64,000 nucleotides of DNA from Minisyncoccota bacterium (lineage in GTDB: Bacteria; Patescibacteriota; Minisyncoccia; Phycocordibacterales; Phycocordibacteraceae): assembly GCA_022841985.1 (NCBI GenBank), contig JALHQL010000005.1, forward strand, positions 4,267 through 68,266, in the 5' to 3' direction. A model generated the notes under the pieces. The model saw nothing but the letters and a program-made list of their open reading frames with translations, was not told the origin of the DNA and did no database searches. This document shows positions 56,792 to 64,000 of the stretch, piece after piece (the stretch's first letter is position 1; every line of letters begins with the position of its first letter). The translations under genes were made by a program, and so were the position numbers.

Positions 56792-57532
56792 ATGAATGTC
56801 ATCCAGTCACTGTGGTCAACCGTCCTTTCCGTCTCGCCGGACGCTGTGTTACTTACAGTGCTTGCGCTCCTCATCCTTATGCTCGCAGTGTTTACTGCAG
56901 TCGTGATTCGGTTTGGGACTCAGCTGCGGTATCTGGCGACTCCTTTGTTCGATCGGACAGTGAAAGAGGCGCAAGAGAGGGCAGAACATATTCTCGTTGA
57001 CGCTCGAGAACAGGGGAGTGCTATCAGGATGCAGGCGCAAATGGAAGCAGAAAAAATATTTACGAACCGTAAAGAAGAAGATGAGAAGTTTCGTACTGAA
57101 CAGTCCGCGCATTTGGAAGAAATTACCTTGCACGCAAAAGATCTTTTGACCAAACATGTTCAGGCTGCCGAGAAAATGCTGCGGGATGAAGCAGAGAGTA
57201 TGCGACAAACGTTTGCCAAAGAAGACGAACGAATGAAACAAACATTCGCTGATGTCGGTGCACAAGTACAGCACGAGTACAAAGAGTTCACAGCAGAAAT
57301 AAAAAAACGGATGTCGGATGAGGTGGCAAAAGAAATCGAAATGGCGCGACAGGCCGTTACGATCTATAAGCAAGAACAGTTTGGGATGCTCGATAAAGAA
57401 ATCATCGAGCTCGTTAAAGATACGACTCGTATCGCATTGCACAAATCGCTTTCGCTCGATGAGCATCGCGGTATTATTCTTGATGCGCTCGCCGAAGCGA
57501 AACGACAAGGAGTGTTCAGTACGCCATCATGA
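56792..57532 (+). CDS. atpF: ATP synthase subunit b-like
   Basis: An N-terminal TM helix followed by a long E/K/A/R-rich coiled coil. Its position is immediately upstream of the delta subunit. Confidence 0.6.
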   Translation: MNVIQSLWSTVLSVSPDAVLLTVLALLILMLAVFTAVVIRFGTQLRYLATPLFDRTVKEAQERAEHILVDAREQGSAIRMQAQMEAEKIFTNRKEEDEKFRTEQSAHLEEITLHAKDLLTKHVQAAEKMLRDEAESMRQTFAKEDERMKQTFADVGAQVQHEYKEFTAEIKKRMSDEVAKEIEMARQAVTIYKQEQFGMLDKEIIELVKDTTRIALHKSLSLDEHRGIILDALAEAKRQGVFSTPS

Positions 57533-58071
57533 CGAACTCATTTCTTAAAATTTTTACGGAACATACCTACAGTCGGGCAGACTTCGCGCACAACATAAGT
57601 CTCGTGAGGGAATTTTTTGAATTTATTTTCTTCACGAAGCGCGACGTGTCTGCGAGTAAAGACAGTATCGAACAATTTGCTGCGTACAGCAAAAAACCAT
57701 TTGTTGACATTGCATTCTTGCGCACGTTGCCATCATCGTTTCTTGATACATTTACGAAGGAATCCTTGTACGAAACACTCAAGCGTCTCTCAGAGGAATC
57801 GAAACAACTAAAAACACTTTCGCTCACTGTGCCGACCGTACTCTCTCGCGAAGATGTGGCAGCTATCGGTATATGGGCGCATCAAGAGGTTGATGCAAAT
57901 CTTCTGATCGATATCGACGTCGATCCATCTATCGCAGCCGGTTGCCGTCTCGTATGGAATAATCAGCTCCACGATTTTAGTCTTGATCGATATCTTGCCG
58001 AAAGTCAGGCTGCGCTACACAAAAGACTTGTTCAAACTCAAAAAGTAACGACGATGTCTCCACGCACCTAA
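57529..58071 (+). CDS. atpH: ATP synthase subunit delta (OSCP)
   Basis: C-terminal LLIDIDVDPSIAAGCRLVWNNQLHDFSLDRYL matches the delta-subunit VDPSLIGG...DGS motif. ATGA overlap with atpF. Confidence 0.6.
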   Translation: MTNSFLKIFTEHTYSRADFAHNISLVREFFEFIFFTKRDVSASKDSIEQFAAYSKKPFVDIAFLRTLPSSFLDTFTKESLYETLKRLSEESKQLKTLSLTVPTVLSREDVAAIGIWAHQEVDANLLIDIDVDPSIAAGCRLVWNNQLHDFSLDRYLAESQAALHKRLVQTQKVTTMSPRT

Positions 58072-58076
58072 TTAGT

Positions 58077-59539
58077 ATGGATACGCATGCACACACAATG
58101 ACCGAAGGAGAAATTGGCTTCGTCGTTGAAGCTAAGGGATACCTTCTTACGCTTGAGGGTCTACCGTCGGCGCGGGTGAATACGGTTATTGTCAATGCAA
58201 AAGGGCAGCGAGCACTCGTTACCGCATTTCGAGAAGATAGTGTCGAGGCGTATCTGCTTGATCGGGGCAATCCGAGGGCGGGCGACCAATTCGTCATAGA
58301 CCCAAAAGGAATCCAATTTTCGTTTGGTGAGCATCTTTTCGGGCGCACGATAAATGTTCTTGGCGAACCGCTTGATGGGTTGGGGGGCTTCCCGCCAAAT
58401 AACGCTCCATTGCGAATGGAAGCAGATGCGCCCCGTATGAGCGCTCGCGCACCGATGATCGCCCCCCTCCTCACCGGCATATCGGCGATTGACATTCTAA
58501 TTCCTATAGCTCAAGGTCAGCGGCAACTCATCGTGGGTCCACTGAGTAGTGGGAAGAGAAAGTTTATTGAAAATGTCTTTGCTCACCAAAAAGAATCGGG
58601 AGTTGTGTGCATTTATGCGCTCATTGGGCGTCCAGTCTCATACGTTGAAGAGGCAATCGCGAATCTTCTGAACGAACAAGGGAATAAAAATGTCATTATT
58701 CTGGTCTCTCTTTCCGATGATCCCGCTCCCATGGTGTATCTAACACCTATAGTTGCGCTCGAGCTCGCAGAATCCTTTTCCGTGGAAGGGAAGGATGTGC
58801 TTGTAGTGCTCGACGATCTCGGAAGTCATGCAAAATATTTCCGCGAAATCGCCCTCTTGTCGGGGAAAGTGCCGGGCCGCGAATCGTATCCTGGCGATAT
58901 GTTTTATCAGCAAGCTCGCTTATTGGAGCGAGGCGGATGTTTCAATAAAAGTATCGGCGGCGGGAGTATTACTATCTTGCCCGTGCTTGAGACGAGTATT
59001 GAGGATCTTACCAATCTTGTCTCTACTAATTTGGTATCGGCAACTGACGGGCATCTTTTTTTCTCACCACTTTTTCATGCGGAAGGACATTTCCCCGCCG
59101 TGGTACCCGAACAATCGGTAACCCGTGTTGGGCACAGCACACAAAGCATGTTGGCTAAACAACTCTCCATTCGCGTGAATGCACTCATTGCACAATATGA
59201 ACGTCAACGAGGTTACGGTCAGTTCGGAACACAGCTTTCAGAAGAGACTCAGCGCACTATTAGCAGAGGGCAATCAGTGCGAGTTCTTCTTGATCAAGAT
59301 CCAATGATCTCCTTGTCTGTTGAGGTACAAATCGTACTGTTGACACTTGTCTTCACCACTTTGTTTAATGGAAAAGATGTTGCGTTCGTCTCAGCTAATC
59401 GGGGTAGACTTATTGCTGCTATTTCAAATGCGAGTAGTACGGAACTTGAGTCAGTAGTAGCTAGTGCGCGTCGCGGCAATATATCCTTTGAACAGTTCCA
59501 AAAGAAGTTAGAGAGCATCGTTCCGTATCTGCAAACTCT

Positions 59540-59555
<16 letters not shown>
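58077..59555 (+). CDS. atpA: ATP synthase subunit alpha (divergent)
   Basis: GISAIDILIPIAQGQRQLIVGPLSSGKRK aligns with [46 protein letters not shown] aligns with AYPGDVFYLHSRLLERA. The residue after the Walker A lysine is Arg instead of Thr. Confidence 0.8.
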
Positions 59556-62042
<2,487 letters not shown>

Positions 62043-62072
62043 AGTTTCCTGAGCATAGGAAGATCATTTTAC

Positions 62073-62450
62073 ACAGACGAACAATAATATACTTATATTG
62101 TATAGCTAATTCGTCTATCAAATATACGTGGGGCACGGTTATGAGGCCGTAATCTTGTCTCGTATATCTCGGTTAAACGAGATATACGAGACAAGATATG
62201 ACTTAATAATTAGAATAATGTGATTTGTAATAGAATATTTCTTAAATACCGATCGCCATTGCCAATTTCCAATCTTTAGTACTTATATTTTCTTAAATTC
62301 CCTTGTTTGGAACCCATTATTTTATAAAAAATATACATACCATTTAGAAAAATAAAACAAAATTATCGATAAATTTATTCTTATCCACAGATAATTTTAA
62401 TTCTCTACAGACGAACAATTTAATGCTGATAGTATATAGGTAATTCGTTT
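62073..62450. promoter_or_regulatory. AT-rich intergenic control region with two copies of a 44-nt inverted-repeat-ended element
   Basis: The copies are 62073-62116 and 62407-62450. Each is ACAGACGAACAAT - 21 nt - TAATTCGT(C/T)T. The ends AGACGAA/TTCGTCT are inverted complements. The second copy ends 12 nt before the ATG of the giant gene. Confidence 0.4.
62154..62195. repeat. perfect 18-bp inverted repeat (palindrome) with a 6-nt spacer
   Basis: CTTGTCTCGTATATCTCG - gttaaa - CGAGATATACGAGACAAG. It is not followed by a T-run. Confidence 0.6.
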
Positions 62451-62462
62451 CCTCGAACATTG

Positions 62463-64000
62463 ATGAAAAATAAAAATTTACTTAATAATCAGTTGATTTC
62501 ATCCAAGGAACTTGCTCAAAGAGTAGGATATACAAACGACTATATTTCAAGACTTTGTCGTTTTGGAAAAATAGAAGGACAAAAAATTGGAAACACGTGG
62601 TACGTTGATGAGCTTTCACTCAAGAAATTTATTGATGGACAAGAAAATCAAAATAAGGATTGGAATGGAGATCTGTCAAAGAAACGCAAAATAGAGTACC
62701 AAAGTAATCAATCGTTCAAAAGCGAGGATGCCCGAAACTTTGCCGTGACGTTTGGCAAAATTGCTACGACTCTTGGCGTTCTTATTCTTGTCGCGGGCAT
62801 TTCAACCGCCTTTAGCATGACCAACAGCACGATACAGTCTCTTTTAATTCCTGCACAAGTTACGGTGAATGCGCCAACACAAAGCGCCGCGAGTATTCTC
62901 TCAGAGGCATCAGATCTTTTTACGCAGGCATCTATTTCTGCTGTCGACGGTGTGAAGACCGCATTCACATCACTTACTCGTATAATAGCTCCATTACGAA
63001 ATACAACCCCAGCTCCTTTATTATTTGAAACAGATCCCGAATCAATTACCGTAAAAAGCACAACAAACTCACCGCTCCCTTTTGTAAATAAAAGTAACAA
63101 TATACAGAGCACACCAAACACAGCTCTTCTTGGTATCAATACCTCAGCCACGATTAATGGTGCACTCCGAGTTTCGGGGTCTTCAGTATTGAATGGAACT
63201 GTCGGTATTGGTGGATCGGCCACAATCAATGGCGCACTGCGAGTCTCCGGATCCTCAGTATTGAGCGATAGTGTCGATATTGGCGGATCGGCCACAATCA
63301 ATGGCGCACTGCGAGTCTCCGGATCTTCGGTGTTAAGTGACCGTCTGCAGGCGCTCGGAGGTATCGACACCAACAATGCCGATATTAACGCAGGGTCTGG
63401 TCGAGTATTTGCCTCGAACATTATTAATGCAATCACTGCTGGCGAGAACGTTTCCATTACAGGGACACCGCAAAATCCGATTATTTCTTCTCTTGCTGCG
63501 AGTAGCGTCGTCAATAACATTACGGAAGTTACGGAGATTAGGGAGATTAGAATCGGTGGTGGCGGCAGCAGAGTTACCTCTGTTGGAATGTCGGTTCCTT
63601 CATTCCTTTCCGTTTCAGGATCTCCTGTAACATCAACGGGAACTTTCGATGTCACATATAGCGGCGTAGCGCTCCCTATTGCAAACGGTGGTACGGGCCT
63701 TTCCTCCATAGCTGATGCTGCTATTCTCGCGACAAATGCGGACAACGTTCTAACTGCCGTTACTGCCGGAGCAAGCCAGTCTATCCGGAGGAATGCAGGG
63801 AATACTGCTTGGGAAGCATTCACTCCTAGTGCTGGTGGCTCGGGAGTGGTTGGTTCGGGCACTATCGGGCAATTCCCATACTATTCTGCGAATGGCACCA
63901 CCGTCACGGCTACCTCTTCAATCTTCTTAGCCACGAACGGCAACATTGGTATCGGCACCACCACCCCCGGCTCGCTTCTCTCACTCGGAGACACCGGAGC
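62463..64000 (+). CDS. giant membrane-tethered HTH_17 domain protein, paralog 3, with tail-fibre-like repeats (partial; continues beyond the window)
   Basis: My own translation from the ATG at 62463 has no stop codon through base 64000. The HTH is ISSKELAQRVGYTNDYISRLCRFGKIEGQKIGNTWYV. The TM helix is FAVTFGKIATTLGVLILVAGISTAF. An extracellular Ser/Thr/Gly-rich region follows, with ATINGALRVSGSSVL repeats and the NGNIGIGTTTPGSLLSLG fibre motif. Confidence 0.6.
   Translation, partial: MKNKNLLNNQLISSKELAQRVGYTNDYISRLCRFGKIEGQKIGNTWYVDELSLKKFIDGQENQNKDWNGDLSKKRKIEYQSNQSFKSEDARNFAVTFGKIATTLGVLILVAGISTAFSMTNSTIQSLLIPAQVTVNAPTQSAASILSEASDLFTQASISAVDGVKTAFTSLTRIIAPLRNTTPAPLLFETDPESITVKSTTNSPLPFVNKSNNIQSTPNTALLGINTSATINGALRVSGSSVLNGTVGIGGSATINGALRVSGSSVLSDSVDIGGSATINGALRVSGSSVLSDRLQALGGIDTNNADINAGSGRVFASNIINAITAGENVSITGTPQNPIISSLAASSVVNNITEVTEIREIRIGGGGSRVTSVGMSVPSFLSVSGSPVTSTGTFDVTYSGVALPIANGGTGLSSIADAAILATNADNVLTAVTAGASQSIRRNAGNTAWEAFTPSAGGSGVVGSGTIGQFPYYSANGTTVTATSSIFLATNGNIGIGTTTPGSLLSLGDTG
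63157..63345 (+). repeat. tandem 72-bp (24-aa) coding repeats, about 2.6 copies
   Basis: GCCAC(G/A)AT(T/C)AATGG(T/C)GCACT(C/G)CGAGT(T/C)TC(G/C)GG...GGATCG recurs at 63157, 63219 and 63291. Copies 2 and 3 are near-identical at the nucleotide level over the first 35 nt or more. Confidence 0.7.

Noticed and set aside
56849-57508. 219-aa minus-strand ORF overlapping the atpF-like gene
   Set aside because: The Phe/Cys/His-rich translation is the typical antisense of a Glu/Lys-rich coiled coil. The plus-strand product fits ATP synthase subunit b and is followed in order by the delta, alpha, gamma, beta and epsilon subunits.
62708-63862. 384-aa minus-strand ORF in the supplied track
   Set aside because: It is antisense to a longer plus-strand ORF with a conserved N-terminal HTH shared by two paralogs in the window. 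Its translation is Pro/Ala/Thr low-complexity with repeats (ETRSAPLIVADPPI) that mirror the plus-strand tandem repeats. It is most likely a shadow ORF.

Overview
This window is a densely packed, mostly plus-strand stretch of a bacterial genome. MurB, SecA, Obg, GatB and an F-type ATP synthase operon mark it as bacterial. Gene packing with many ATGA start/stop overlaps suggests a small, streamlined genome, possibly CPR/Patescibacteria-like, but that placement is inference only. Roughly the first 48 kb is one very large cell-surface glycan biosynthesis island. It holds three nucleotide-sugar pathways: dTDP-L-rhamnose (rfbB/A/C/D), GDP-L-fucose (gmd/fcl) and a CMP-nonulosonic acid pathway (a PseB-like dehydratase, a NeuC-like 2-epimerase, two NeuB-family synthases and a CMP-sugar synthetase). 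It also holds at least 12 glycosyltransferases of families GT4, GT2, GT9, GT-C and exostosin-like. There is an unusually rich set of tailoring enzymes: two FkbM methyltransferases, a TylF-type O-methyltransferase, two zinc-ribbon C-methyltransferases, a B12-binding radical SAM enzyme, a GNAT acetyltransferase, a NodU/CmcH carbamoyltransferase, and a HisH/HisF/WbuX-type acetamidino-forming module. A GtrA/GtrB/GtrC-like trio, an MsbA-like ABC exporter and an O-antigen-ligase/TPR membrane protein are also present. The last 16 kb carries housekeeping genes (murB, secA, obg, gatB). These are followed by an atypical atp operon with b, delta, alpha, gamma, beta and epsilon subunits but no a subunit and only a degenerate c-like hairpin protein. 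Around that operon sit three paralogous proteins that pair an N-terminal excisionase/MerR-type HTH with a transmembrane helix and an extracytoplasmic region. The last of these is a giant protein with tail-fibre-like repeats that runs off the window end. Non-coding elements of note are two perfect 18-bp palindromes, a pair of 44-nt elements with inverted-repeat ends, and an attenuator-like leader (a tiny Lys/Arg-rich ORF plus a hairpin and a NotI-palindromic terminator) just upstream of secA. I found no rRNA, tRNA, CRISPR array, transposase or integrase.
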